A stretch of 64,000 bases of DNA from Torpedo marmorata (taxonomy: Eukaryota): contig OZ360231.1 in assembly GCA_977017645.1 (NCBI GenBank), forward strand, positions 47,554,001 to 47,618,000, given 5' to 3'. The position numbers and the translations under genes are program-made. The notes under the pieces were generated by a model that searched no databases, was not told the origin of the DNA, and worked only from the letters and a program-made list of their open reading frames with translations. Below, piece by piece: positions 50,426-63,470 of this stretch (position 1 is its first letter; the number at the start of each line of letters is the position of its first letter).

Positions 50426-50876
50426 GCATTTCTTGGCAGATTTTACATCTCTGCACCATCTGTTCAATGTCACTGTCCATTGATGGCCACCAGACATGCA
50501 TGCGTGCCAGCGCCTTCATCCGGACCATTCCTGGATGATTGGTGTGGAGCTCTTTTAGCAAGGCCTCTTGCCATTTCTTGGGGATGATTGTTCTTGTTCC
50601 CCACAACAGGCAACCCTCTTCAATTGATATTTCATTTCACCGTGTGTGATAGGCTTTCAATTCGGGGGTAATACTGTCGGCCTCTGGCCATCCATTCAAG
50701 GTGAAGTATAGAATCTTCGACAGTGTAGCCTCTTTCTGTACCTCTTTGCTAATAGCCTTCGCTGTAATAGGCAAGTGGTGAAGTTGTTCCTGGTTGATCG
50801 CTATGGCTTCCGCCGTCCAATTAATGTTCCCTTCCACCTGTTCTGTCTCAGGCAGAGGTAAGCGCGATAATGCTTG
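50426..50876 (-). mobile_element. Gypsy LTR-retrotransposon pol fragment (RNase H end to integrase HHCC), no LTRs
   Basis: ALSRLPLP..GWP..*..GCLLWGTRTIIP..LKELHTNHPGMVRMKALARMHVWWPSMDSDIEQMVQRCKICQ, with one in-frame stop. Confidence 0.88.
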
Positions 50877-51706
50877 CACTACTGAGCATTTTTAGCATTC
50901 TCTTATTTTGATTTAAACACCAACAATTCCATGTAAAAAAGATCATATGGATTCAATATTGTAATCTTATGGGTAACACAGTAGAAGCTCCAGCAATTTA
51001 GTTTGATCCTGACCTCTGTACAATTGTGTGAAGTTCTCCATGGAACAGATGCTCACATGACAACTAAATGTGTGTTGGTATATTAGATGGCCATTGTCAA
51101 CTGCCTTTGGTATGCTGGTGAGTGGTGAAATCCTGGGGGAATTGATGGAAATATGGTGAGAATAAAATAGGATTTGTGGATAGGGCTTGATGGTTGGACT
51201 TGATGGGCTTGTTTCTGTTCTCTGTGACAAATAGCTTTATTTCTTTTGAAACACATGACCCAATTTTAACTCTGGGCCAATTTTTAGTAGGTGAGCTGTA
51301 AGAAGCCAGTATCAATGAAAAAAAAGCAAACTTAACCTTTCAAGACAATTGACATTTCACTAGAACTAACAAACATTATCTCAGTTTCTTTCTCATGGCT
51401 CATTGACCTGCTGATCATATTGGAAACTCACCACTGCTCCAGAATTGCCAGGAAATGTCATAATTAACATCACAAGCTTTATTGAGATGTTACGAGTTAG
51501 ATCTGGAAGAACGCTACAGGGAAGTCTGAGCTTACCTTGTGGAAACATGAACTAGCCCTAATCCAAGAGACAGATAAAAAGTAAATATAACATTTTCACC
51601 TTTTTTTTAATCTCATACAACTCCAATCTTCTTCCTTGGCATTTCCATCTGGTGAAAAAACCTACTGAACTTTCAATTCAGAACACTGAGATATTACAGG
51701 GAGTTA

Positions 51707-52496
51707 NNNNNNNNNNNNNNNNNNNNNNNNNNNNNNNNNNNNNNNNNNNNNNNNNNNNNNNNNNNNNNNNNNNNNNNNNNNNNNNNNNNNNNNNNNNNNN
51801 NNNNNNNNNNNNNNNNNNNNNNNNNNNNNNNNNNNNNNNNNNNNNNNNNNNNNNNNNNNNNNNNNNNNNNNNNNNNNNNNNNNNNNNNNNNNNNNNNNNN
51901 NNNNNNNNNNNNNNNNNNNNNNNNNNNNNNNNNNNNNNNNNNNNNNNNNNNNNNNNNNNNNNNNNNNNNNNNNNNNNNNNNNNNNNNNNNNNNNNNNNNN
52001 NNNNNNNNNNNNNNNNNNNNNNNNNNNNNNNNNNNNNNNNNNNNNNNNNNNNNNNNNNNNNNNNNNNNNNNNNNNNNNNNNNNNNNNNNNNNNNNNNNNN
52101 NNNNNNNNNNNNNNNNNNNNNNNNNNNNNNNNNNNNNNNNNNNNNNNNNNNNNNNNNNNNNNNNNNNNNNNNNNNNNNNNNNNNNNNNNNNNNNNNNNNN
52201 NNNNNNNNNNNNNNNNNNNNNNNNNNNNNNNNNNNTATATATTGATATATCTATGCATCTATNNNNNNNNNNNNNNNNNNNNNNNNNNNNNNNNNNNNNN
52301 NNNNNNNNNNNNNNNNNNNNNNNNNNNNNNNNNNNNNNNNNNNNNNNNNNNNNNNNNNNNNNNNNNNNNNNNNNNNNNNNNNNNNNNNNNNNNNNNNNNN
52401 NNNNNNNNNNNNNNNNNNNNNNNNNNNNNNNNNNNNNNNNNNNNNNNNNNNNNNNNNNNNNNNNNNNNNNNNNNNNNNNNNNNNNNNNNNNNNNNA
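51707..52496. other. Two assembly gaps separated by a 27-nt AT-rich island
   Basis: N runs at 51707-52235 and 52263-52496. Confidence 1.
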
Positions 52497-53325
52497 GTTT
52501 AGACTTTAGATAATAGGCATCCAAGATGGCTCGATGCTTGAGAAGATATTTTTAATATTAATCAGGAACTTAAAATATTGGTGGTTGGTGAAATTTCAGC
52601 AAACAAAACTGAGAATAAAGTTGTTGCTGATATGCTGCTAATCTTACCAGATTATGTAAATAAACTTGGGAATTGGCACATACCATTTTCACAACCTTCC
52701 AATTTGAAACAGAACACACACCTGGCCAGTGTAATGATTTGACTTCAACCCACCAAGTAACTGCATTCAGCTCTCCCTTTTGAAATGCTCGCTCTCTGGT
52801 TTCCCTGGTTGCCCATCAACTACCAGGCACATATTGATGAAACCAGCTCAAAGAGCCTCTGATGCCCTCTCCACAGTTCATCAAATCATACTTTAACTTG
52901 TTTACTGATGATATCATCTCACAGCCTTTGCTTAAAGGTGAAAAGCCTGATGAAGACAAAGACAAGGAGGGTGAAGCTGCTGACATTAGGAGAACAGGAA
53001 GGTGATTGCATAGTAATGTCTTTTTTTCCAAGTGTTAATGGATGAATTCGTAATGTGATGTGGTTCAGATCAGAAAGATCATCTTTTCAATCCCTGATTT
53101 GTGTTAAATTAATTTGACACACTTGTGGCAGAAGAAATTTGTGTTCCCATGTCTTCTGGCTAGGAGGATGAGAATCAGTTAGGATTCCTGTCACTGGCGA
53201 TTTATTGAAACTGCTTGAGTACTTTTTAGTGACGAATGGATTGACCTAACCTTTGATGCCTCTTTAATTAATAGTTGAATCACCCAAAACTCACTGATAT
53301 TGATTGGAGTATGGAGACAGCACCA

Positions 53326-53560
53326 ATAGCCTGAATACGACTGGGATTGTCTGATCTTGGAAGCTAAGCAGGCACAGGACTGGTCAGTACTTGGAGGGGA
53401 GACTGCCAAGGAACACCAGGTGCTGTAGGTTTCTGTGAGGGGCGCTGGACAAAGTAGCGACTCCCTGTCTGCCTTACGGTAGACAAAAATTAAAGAATTT
53501 CATGTATGTTACATTCTAAATGTAGTATTACGTGACAATAATGGAACCTTTAACCTTTAA
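53326..53560 (+). mobile_element. 5S rRNA-derived SINE, second copy
   Basis: Nearly identical to 23062-23296 across the 5S head, body and tail. Confidence 0.88.
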
Positions 53561-54502
53561 AACTGAAAATGCTAAAATTGCAAAGGATTTACAAAAATAA
53601 CTCATCTGTCTTCATAAATCCTCAATAACCACTCAAAGAAGTCTAGTAATTTAAATATATTTATTAGTATACATACAGTATATACACATAAATATATAAT
53701 GTATCGGCTCCCAAAGTCCAACTGCATTGTCCTGGCCAAATCCTTCCCTTAGTCAGCAGGACATAATCTTTTATCTCAAAGCCATCTGTGTAAATTTGCA
53801 TGGCACAAGCTGGCAACTAGATATATCTACAAATCACAATCAAAGTTCAAAAGTAATTTGTTAACTTTGAGATATTTTGGAACATTCTAAAGTCATGAAA
53901 TATGCGTGAGTGTTTACAAGTTTCTTTTCCTTTACACATCTGTTGCAGCTTGACTAAAGCCTTTACTATCCAGTCTGTTGGCATGGTTAAACAATTATTC
54001 CACTGCTGAGACATGGCGTTGGCTTCCTTAAGTAAAATAACAACTCGAACTTACATTCAGACTTTAACATGGTAAAATATCCCTAGAGCACGAGTATTCC
54101 ACAGGGCTGTGGTTTGTTGTTGGCTGCATAGCTTTCCTCAACAAAATTGGCAACACACTGAGCCACTGAACAAAGATCTTCAGCAGGATGAGGGAGAAGT
54201 CTTTGATTTCAGTAAAAGTAACACCTACAATTGTTTGCAGCAGATTCTGCAACAACAGATCATTGATGAGCTCCTGCCGAACAACCCTGCTCTGCAGAAG
54301 AGCAGAGTCTCAACATTACTTAAAAAAAGTCTGATCATTATCACATTCCTTCATGTGGGTGCTGGCCAGGCGCAACTTTCAACAGTGACTACTGTTCAAA
54401 AGCTGCGGAATATTTGTCTTAAATGAGATGTGAAAGGCAGTGCAAGTTTTTCTCATTTATGGCTTTTAGACATAAGTACCGAGAATTTCCCGTCATCAAT
54501 AT

Positions 54503-55410
54503 TGTTATGGACCATGACTGACCATTTGGACTGCGGACGGTCAGCAGGAAGGATGAAGTCTTTTGGAGTATACACTGGGGCCAGGTACTGAAAGAGTTAA
54601 CTTCCCCAGGACTTGGTGTACCCAGACAGAGAGAGAGACATTGTTGCACTTTTGGTGTACCCAGACAGAGAGAGACCACACAGAGAGAGAGACAGACTGT
54701 GGACAAGATACATTTGTTGCACTTTTGCAAAGGCAGGTGCAGATCTCTGCACAAAGTACACAGTTGTGAATTGCAAAGGCTAGAGAACACAGCCAAATCC
54801 AGGCTTGTGCATAGTCAGAGAAAAGACTGGCAGAATAGCACATGGCCTCCTGTCTCAGAGAAATTCTGAGTTAAAAGCAACTTCTGTGGAGAACAGGCGT
54901 GAGATCAGCGAGACTAGCTGTGAGATTCAAGCACACGCCTAAATCAGTGGTATACTGATCTGAACTCGAAATCCTTATGAACACACAAGAAGGGGACGTC
55001 ATCAGAGAAGAAAAACAAGTATTTGTAAGCATAAACAGTCATTGTCTCTCTCCAACGTTCATTCAGAAGTACTTCTACCAGACACAGAGCTGAATTTGAA
55101 GCCTGAACTTAGAGAGTGAATTTTGTGGACTATTATTTTCTTTTTTGACTGACTTGTTTTTATGACTGACCTGGGGTTTTTGGGGAAAGTTTTTCCATTT
55201 TTACATAAGGGTTGGGCACAGACTGTAATGGTCTGGGCTTTACACACACACACACACACACACCTTTTAGATAAGAATAGTGTTTATAGACGTTTATAGT
55301 GGGGTTAATTGTTGTGAAATTATATGTTTACTTGTCTTTAATAAATAGTAATTTCAATTTTACCCCTTTTGCATTGCGTCTTCTGTCGTTGCTGGTTTGA
55401 ATTTGTAACA
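54503..55410 (+). repeat. 5' LTR
   Basis: tgttatggac...tttgtaaca, near-identical to 59531-60432. Confidence 0.95.
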
Positions 55411-55413
55411 AAT

Positions 55414-55432
55414 TGGGGGCTCGTCCAAGGAT
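55414..55432 (+). promoter_or_regulatory. Primer binding site (tRNA-Pro type)
   Basis: tgggggctcgtcc sits 3 nt after the 5' LTR and matches the first 13 nt of the canonical tRNA-Pro PBS TGGGGGCTCGTCCGGGAT. Confidence 0.85.
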
Positions 55433-55544
55433 TTGAATCAAAATCCATCTTGGTAATTGAAGGAATCCCAGTTTGGTTTAAGGCATTCCTTTTGTAAAGC
55501 TAATTAAAAGCTAGTGTGTGTGTGTTAAAAAAAACCCAGCAACA

Positions 55545-58500
55545 ATGGATGTAGAACATTTTTTGGAATCACCTGAACCTGATATTTTTAAAAAGGCGAA
55601 AAAGCAACAGTTAGTGGCTATAGCAACAAAGCTGGGCATTGCTTCTGTAAAAGCATCTATGAAAAAGGCAGAGATTGGGAGAAAAATTGTCAAATACTAT
55701 ATAAAAGAAAAAAAATTTGAGGAGAGCATGTTAGAGCAGTTTCCCAAGGGTAAACCTTCTGAAAACATACAATTGGAAATAAAGAAATTGGAATTGGAAC
55801 AAAAGAAATTGGAGGCAGACAGGGAACAAAAGAATAGGGAATTGGTACAAAGGAAATTAGAATTGGAGGTAGCCAGGGGACAGAAGAGATTAGACTTAGA
55901 GAACGAGGAGAAAAATAGGATATATATGCTGGAAAAGATAAAGTTGGAAAATGAGAGGAGACAAGAAGAGCGCCAAGATCAAATTCGTCATCCTGCTGAG
56001 GGGTTTTTGGCTAGTAAAGAAGTTAGGTTGGTTCCTCCATTTGAGGAGGCAGAAATAGATAAGTACTTCCAACATTTTGAGAAGGTGGCTGTGAAATTAA
56101 AATGGCCACAAGACCAATGGTCTCTTATGTCATAAAGTTTAATAAAAGGAAAAGCTCAGCAAGCTTATTCTACTCTTACCACGGAGCAAGCTGCTGATTA
56201 TGAAACGGTGAAGAAGGCTATACTCCAGGCTTATGAGTTAGTTCCAGAGGCTTATAGACAGGTTTAGAAATTTAAAAAGATCAGCAACCCAATATTATAC
56301 AGAGTTTGCCTATGAAAAGGTTGTGTGTTTTGACCGGTGGTGCACATCTAAGGCAGTAAACAATGATTACAATCAATTGAGAGAATTGATAATAATCGAG
56401 GAGATAAAAAGGTGTGTTCCTGAGGATATTAAGGTATACTTAAATGAAAAGGAGGTGAAAACTTGGCAAGATTCAGCTAAATTAGCAGATGAATATGCTT
56501 TAACCCACAAGCCTAAGTGGACGTCAGGTAGAATTTTCCAAAAGGTCACGGTGGATAATCAGAAGCAAGTGGAAAGTAAAATTGGAAGTGGTGTTAAGGA
56601 AAGGGATGAAGGAAAGTGGAAAAGGGAAAACAATTCGGGTCCCATTTGCCACTACTGTAGGAAGGCTGGTCATATGCTAGCAAGCTGTCCAGTGTTGAAA
56701 AAGAAGAGAGAAAAGGATGCAACACCTAATGCTTGTATTCAGAGTGAGAAGATGCATAACACCCAGGAAGGAGATAAATTTACTGACAAAGTTAAAGATG
56801 TATTTAAACCTTTTGTGACTGATGGTTTTGTTTCAGTTAAGGCAGGATCAAAACAAGTTCCAGTGAAAATCTTGCGAGATACTAGAGCTGCTCAGTCACT
56901 TGTGTTAGATAGTGTCTTGGAATTTTGTGAAGCTACTGACACCGGTGACATAAATTTAATTAAAGGAATTGGTGGTGAGGTTGAGTCCATTCCTTTGCAC
57001 AAAATAGTATTGGACTCAGACTTAGTGGAAGGACCAGTTATAATAGGAGTGAGATCAGAGTTGCCAGTAGAAGGAGTTTCACTATTGTTAGGCAATGACT
57101 TGGCCAAGGGTAAAGTAGTTCCTGCTGTGCGAATGACCACTAAGCCAGTCATTGATAAGTCAGAGAAAGACTATGATATTTATCCGGCATGTGCCATAAC
57201 CAGGGCCATGTCTAAGAAAAATGTCACTGTAGAGAAGGCAGTGGAAAATAACTTGGTAAAAGAAAAAGACAGTGATAATCAAGAAAACCTGGAAAAGGTT
57301 GAGCAATCTCCTATGTTACACCCATCCACTGATAAGACACCTAAAGGCACAGATTTGTCACTATCCCGACAGGAGTTAATAGCAAGACAAAAGGACGATC
57401 CTGATCTTGCTGAGGTGAGGGATAAGGTTCCCTCTGAAGAGGAGATTAAAAAGGTGCCAGTAGGTTATTATGAAAAAGATGGGGTGTTGATGAGAAAGTG
57501 GAGACCATGTGATGTTCCTGCCAATGAAGAATGGGCAGTAGTGCAGCACGTTGTGATCCCTAAAGTATATAGGGATGCAATAATAACTTTGGCTCATAGT
57601 ACACACTTAGGTGGTCACCTTGGGGTGAAGAAAGCTATACGGAAGATAATGAAACAATTTTATTGGCCCAGTTTAAGAAGGGAGGTTGTAAGCTTTTGCC
57701 GGGCCTGTCACACTTGTCAGGTGGTCGGTAAACCTAATCAGGGTTCCCCGGTGGCACCCTTGCAACCTATCCCTGCATTTAGTGAGCCTTTCTCGAGAGT
57801 AATTGTGGATTGTGTTGGCCCATTGCCCAAAACCAAAGTGGGGAATGAGTATTTGTTAACAATTATGTGTGCAGCCACCAGATTTCCAGAGGCCATTCCT
57901 CTGAGAAACATAAAAGCAAAGTCAATTGTAAAGGCTATGGTAAAGTTTTTCACCTTGGTAGGTTTGCCAAGGGAAATTCAATCAGATCAGGGCAGTACTT
58001 TCATGTCAGGCGTTTTCCAACAAGTGGTTGATGGACTAGGAGTTAAACAGATTGTATCCTCTGCGTACCATCCAGAAAGTCAAAGGGCCTTGGAGAGGTT
58101 CCATTCGACTTTGAAAACCATGATTAGAACCTATTGTTGTGAGAAGGAAAAGGATTGGGATGAGGGGGTTCATTTGTTGTTATTTGCAGCGAGGGAGTCT
58201 GTCCAAGACTCACTTGGTTTTAGTCCATTTGAGTTAGTTTTTGGCCATGAGGTAAGAGGTCCTTTAAAATTATTAAAAGAACAGTGGATTAATCGTGATG
58301 TGCATTTAAATCTGTTAGATTATGTTTCCAAATTTAAGGATCGATTGCATAGGGCTTGTGAGATGGCAAAGGAGAATTTAAAGGCCACTCAACGGAGAAT
58401 GAAGGTTTGGTATGATCGAAAGGCGAAGATGAGAACTTTTAAACCTGGTGAGAACGTATTAGTTCTGTTTCCCATCCATTCAAATCATCTTAGAGCTAGA

Positions 58501-59397
58501 TTTTCAGGACCCTATAGAGTTAAGTCAAAAATTAATGATGTCACCTATGTCATAGAAACACCTAATCGCAGACGAGACACACAGGTCTGTCATGTGAATA
58601 TGATTAAGCCGTATTTTGAACAGGTGCCTCAAAAAGGGGCTGAACATTTACCAGAGATGCTGGTTATTGACAGGGGTAAGGAGGAGATAGATAGAACCAG
58701 TTTCAGAGAGGGTCATGGGACTGTTAATTCTCTGAATTATGTTGTAGGACAGGGGAAGTTGGCGCCAGTAGAGGCAAAGGTTGTGACTATTTCCGAGTTC
58801 CCTGTTCCAACTGGTAAGAAAACTCTGAGGAGGTTCCTGGGAATGATTGGCTACTACCACAAGTTCTGTAAAAACTTTGCTGATCTTGTGCTCCCTCTCA
58901 CAAATTTGCTTAGAAAGAAAGAAAAATTTGTATGGTCAACAGGTTGTCAGGAAGCATTTGTCAAATTGAAAGCCATGTTATGCCACCAACCTGTGCTTAA
59001 GTCACCTAATTTAGAACAGCCGTTTTCTTTAGCCGTGGATGCCAGCGATGAAGCTGTGGGTGCGGTGCTGTTACAGAAGAAGAACGAAGAGGACATTGAC
59101 CATCCGGTATCCTACTTCTCGAAGAAGTTCAATGATCATCAAAGGAATTATTCAACTATAGAAAAAGAGTTGTTGGCTCTTGTGTTGGCTCTACAACACT
59201 TTGATGTGTATATCTGTACAGCTCAAAAACCACTCATAGTGTATACTGACCATAATCCATTGGTTTTTCTTTGTAAAATGAAAAATAAGAATCGACGGTT
59301 GTTGAATTGGAGTCTAATTTTGCAAGAATATAATTTGGTAATCACTCATATAAAAGGGAAAGATAATGTAATTGCTGATTGTCTTTCTAGTTGTTAA
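55545..59397 (+). pseudogene. Disrupted gag-pol of the Gmr1-like element
   Basis: Gag has a stop at 56133-56135 and a frameshift near 56262. Then come the CCHC knuckle CHYCRKAGHMLASC; protease LRDTRAAQSL (DTG changed to DTR); integrase HHCC, VDCVGP/SDQG/ERF and GPY; and RNase H VDASD/EKELLA/TDHNPL/ADCLS. There is no YxDD motif. Confidence 0.9.
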
Positions 59398-59530
59398 ACT
59401 TTATCAATGAAAATAGTTCATATTTTGTATTTGTGGATCAACATTGTAGATTTTGTTTATATTCTTATATTTATATTTACTTTCCTAAATTTTGTTCTTG
59501 CAGACCAAAATTTCCTTTGTGGGTGGGAGG

Positions 59531-60432
59531 TGTTATGGACCATGACTGACCATTTGGACTGCGGACAGTCAGCAGAAAGGATGACGTCTTTTGGAGTATA
59601 CACTGGGGCCAGGTACTGAAAGAGTTAACTTCCCCAGGACTTGGTGTACCCAGACAGAGAGAGAGACATTGTTGCACTTTTGGTGTACCCAGACAGAGAG
59701 AGACCACAGAGAGAGAGAGACAGACTGTGGACAAGATACATTTGTTGCACTTTTGCAAAGGCAGGTGCAGATCTCTGCACAAAGTACGCAGTTGTGAATT
59801 GCAAAGGCTAGAGAACACAGCCAAATCCAGGCTTGTGCATAGTCAGAGAAAAGACTGGCAGAATAGCACATGGCCTCCTGTCTCAGAGAAATTCTGAGTT
59901 AAAAGCAACTTCTGTGGAGAACAGGTGTGAGATCAGCGAGACTAGCTGTGAGATTCAAGCACACGCCTAAATCAGTGGTATACTGATCTGAACTCGAAAT
60001 CCTTATGAACACACAAGAAGGGGACGTCATCAGAGAAGAAAAACAAGTATTTGTAAGCATAAACAGTCATTGTCTCTCTCCAACGTTCATTCAGAAGTAC
60101 TTCTACCAGACACAGAGCTGAATTTGAAGCCTGAACTTAGAGAGTGAATTTTGTGGACTGTATTATTTTCTTTTTTGACTGACTTGTTTTTATGACTGAC
60201 CTGGGGTTTTTGGGGAAAGTTTTTCCATTTTTACATAAGGGTTGGGCACAGACTGTAATGGTCTGGGCTTTACACACACACACACCTTTTAGATAAGAAT
60301 AGTGTTTATAGACGTTTATAGTGGGGTTAATTGTTGTGAAATTATATGTTTACTTGTCTTTAATAAATAGTAATTTCAATTTTACCCCTTTTGCATTGCG
60401 TCTTCTGTCGTTGCTGGTTTGAATTTGTAACA
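59531..60432 (+). repeat. 3' LTR
   Basis: Preceded by the PPT-like gggtgggagg and followed by the TSD atat. Confidence 0.95.
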
Positions 60433-60770
60433 ATATGCATACTTACCCTCCGGAGTGGCCGTTCACACAGGATGGACGTTTACACTAACTTCCTGCATTG
60501 CGGTGATTTCGGAGGGTGGACGTGGGTCGACATCATCAGGTATGTTGTATTCATTAGCCCATTGTTGCGGACCGCCTGCAGTTCAGTTTAGACTGCAGGC
60601 AGTCCGCAAAAATGTCTAAGGCTGCTGCAGTAAAAATGTCGGGACGGAAATTAGTTACTAATTTCTGTCACGACATTTTTACACAGCCAGCGTTGCGGGA
60701 AATTTCCGAGAACTTCCTGTTATGCTGAGGCTGTGTAAAAGTCATAATAGCTTCAAATTTTAAAGCTTTC

Positions 60771-61010
60771 AATTTAAATTTAGACATACAGCACGGTAAC
60801 AGGCACTTTCGGCCCATGAGACCACGCCGCCCAATTACACCCAATTGACCTACAACCCCCGGTATAATTTGAACGGTGGGAGGAAACCAGAGCACCCAGC
60901 AAAACCCATGCAGACACGGGGAAAACGTACAAACTCCTTACAGACTGAACAGGATTTGAATGCTGGTCCCGGTAACTGGCGCTGTAATAGCATTGCGCTA
61001 ACCGCTACAC
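60771..61010 (-). mobile_element. V-SINE (HE1-like)
   Basis: Same family as the copies at 26797 and 33089. Confidence 0.85.
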
Positions 61011-61684
61011 GAACCATTTCGATCAAGAACTCTCCCACTTTCAAACAAAATAACACCGCAGGGTCATCAACAAACACCCGAATACCGCAGACAATTTGAA
61101 ATGCAAATAGTTGACAAGCTTTCGGATTTCTGGCTTAGCTGCAGGTTGTCAAACCTCAGCTTCTACCAGTGCCACAATACTCAAGAAGAGCAATACTTAA
61201 TATGTAGACAATGATAGAGACCGAATCATGAGTCAGCATTTCAAATGTCCTTGAGCAACCACCAGAGATGCTATTACAGAAGCCATAGGTTCCTGTGAGG
61301 CAAAGATGATGGTGCATTCTTGGAGAACAATGTCTTTGGGTTCTAAATTCTGTAACTTTGCAAATTTCAGCATAGCTTGGATTTGCATGAATCCTCTGTG
61401 GAACATTTCCCCTGCCAGCTGAACATGTTACTGCTCAAATGCTTGGTAAATCACCCGTTGAACATACTGCCGGTATATCAGAAAGACTGGTTATTTCTGT
61501 GTTGGAATGTCTCTCCATTGGCCTGTGTACCTGTAGGGACTTGGATATTAGATGGACCCCAGAAAAGAATATATGGATAAACATCAATATGCAAGAATAA
61601 AGTCAAAGAGTAGCAGACAAGTGCCTAAATAAAACCCGACAAAATTATTGTGTTGAATGTGAAATCAAGGTATGTAATTAATTA

Positions 61685-62890
61685 CACTGGAGAACACATT
61701 TTTTTCAAAAGGTTTGCTTCCTGAAATAAAATTGGGGATTATGATAGACAACTTCAAGATGATCACAAAGATAATTTCAGATTTTCAGTATCATGAAAGA
61801 AGTTGGAGAAACATTAAAATTAACTTTTATTGAATTTAGCATGTTTAATCGCATAATGATAACATTGCATTAGGTCAACTGACCTAAAAATGTTTTGCTG
61901 CTGATTTTCATTTGTACTTAACATCTGATGCCTCTCGTGTCAGTGTCCAACAATAGTCGGCCAGCATTGATGGATTCCAGTTGCCCTGATGCCACTTTTC
62001 CATGGTCGCAATGTGCTGGTGAAACCTCTCACAATGTTCGTCTCTTACCCTTTTTATGCTTAAACACAGCAATAAAGCCGGCTCAAGTAAAAAAAAAGGT
62101 GAATTTACCTTTTATGGTGATGACCTATGTGGCTTATCCAGCGTTGCCTTTATGCTGAGCTGCGTCGGGAGCCGGCTTCCCAAGCTGAGGGAGGCGGGGC
62201 GAGTGGTGCAGTAGCACCGCCCGCCACCATGACATCAAACGTATGCGCCGAGAAGGGATAGCGGCGTATACCCTAAAATGGCGACCGAAGAGCAGGTAAG
62301 AGTGCTGGTGGAGATCTGTGCAGGCAGTCTTAGGAATCAGGCAGATCTCCTGTGCAGCATAATTAACTCTATTAAACTTATGATAAACATACAGGTTTTT
62401 AAAAATTCACGCTCCTGGGTCCCGGGCTGACGGCGTCATCGCGACGTCATCAGCCCTCACCTTTGCAGCCGCTTTCAGCGGCATTCCTTTTATGGAGGAG
62501 GTGAAGCGATTTCACTCCACCTCTATGTGTACCCCCCTAGGCGGACCTTTTATGGAGGTAAGTGAAGCGATTTAAAGACAGAAATTTTCTGTCTTTACAA
62601 TCGCTTTTTTTCCCCAATATAAAAGGGCCTACTGACTGCACCAAGATCAGCAGGGAAGAAGTCCAAGTGCGAATGCAGAAAATGAATTTTCAATGACATG
62701 TTGCACTTCATTTTTTTGTATGCTTGAGGTAAACATAAAATATGACAGGAAATTACAAAAATAGGTTATGTCTACAACACGGTTCGTGATAGGAAAATTT
62801 TAAGGTGATTTTCCTGATCAACAGCCCAAAACCCATAAAATACTGTACACCCAAAAGTGTTCAAGAAGCAAAATTTTTTGTTGTCCAGTG
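61685..62890 (-). mobile_element. Chapaev3 deletion derivative retaining the transposase C-terminus
   Basis: CACTG..CAGTG termini with a perfect tta TSD. The - strand encodes KIHFLHSHLDFFPADLGAVS|DEHCERFHQHIATMEKWHQGNWNPSMLADYCWTLTRE. Confidence 0.8.
62043..62630. mobile_element. MITE-like insert nested in the Chapaev3 transposase remnant
   Basis: Splits the AVS|DEH codons. Imperfect ends ccctttttat / ataaaaggg, with internal repeats of ccttttatgg. Confidence 0.6.
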
Positions 62891-63234
62891 TTATCTTTCA
62901 GTGCACACTTTTCAGCCCCGCAATCTGAAATAACCTGTGTCCATTCTCTTCCAGTAATGTTGATAGCAGTTCCACTTCATGGTATCAACATCTGAATTGT
63001 GAGATGTCCTTCCTGGTCTCATGTATTTCCTCATGTAATTATGAGAAGTGAATGTGCGCAATCAAAAGGCTTTCAAAATATATGAGGCAGATTAAAGCTA
63101 TAGGCTCTGTGACAGAATGTGGTGGCCACCAGCAGATTTTGTAGATTCAACTGCTTCCAGTGGAAGTACAGTGAAGAGCTTGATTATTTGAAAAGATCTG
63201 GGAATCTGGAGTAGGAAAGGTCAATAGTGCTGAA

Positions 63235-63470
63235 GCTAAAATCAAAAAGCTGCAGATGCTAGAAATCTAAAGTAAAAGCCGATAAACCTGGAAACATTCA
63301 GCAAGTCTGGCAGCATCTGTGAGAAGAGAAACAGATTTTACATTTCAGTTCAAAAACCTTTGTCAGAGTGGGAATCTGATGAAGGGTCTTCCACCTGAAA
63401 TGTTAACTCTGTTTCTTTCTGCAGATGCCTGACCTTCTGATTTTTTTCCAAACTTTTCTGGTTTGTGCTG
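63235..63470. mobile_element. Palindromic Penelope-like repeat
   Basis: ctgcagatgctagaaatct..cagcatctg..ctgatgaagggtcttccacctgaaa..cagatgcctgacct. Confidence 0.55.

Larger units (their letters stand above)
54503..60432 (+). mobile_element. Gmr1-like Ty3/Gypsy LTR retrotransposon with both LTRs, internally deleted
   Basis: TG..CA LTRs at 54503-55410 and 59531-60432, 4-bp TSD atat, tRNA-Pro-type PBS, purine-rich PPT, and domain order gag-PR-INT-(RT remnant)-RH. Confidence 0.95.

Noticed and set aside
51652-52524. Long ORFs made of X residues (also 23530-23820)
   Set aside because: Artefacts of N gaps.
56323-59397. 1024-aa ORF as a domesticated host gene
   Set aside because: It lies between near-identical LTRs with TSD and PBS, so it is a recent transposon copy.
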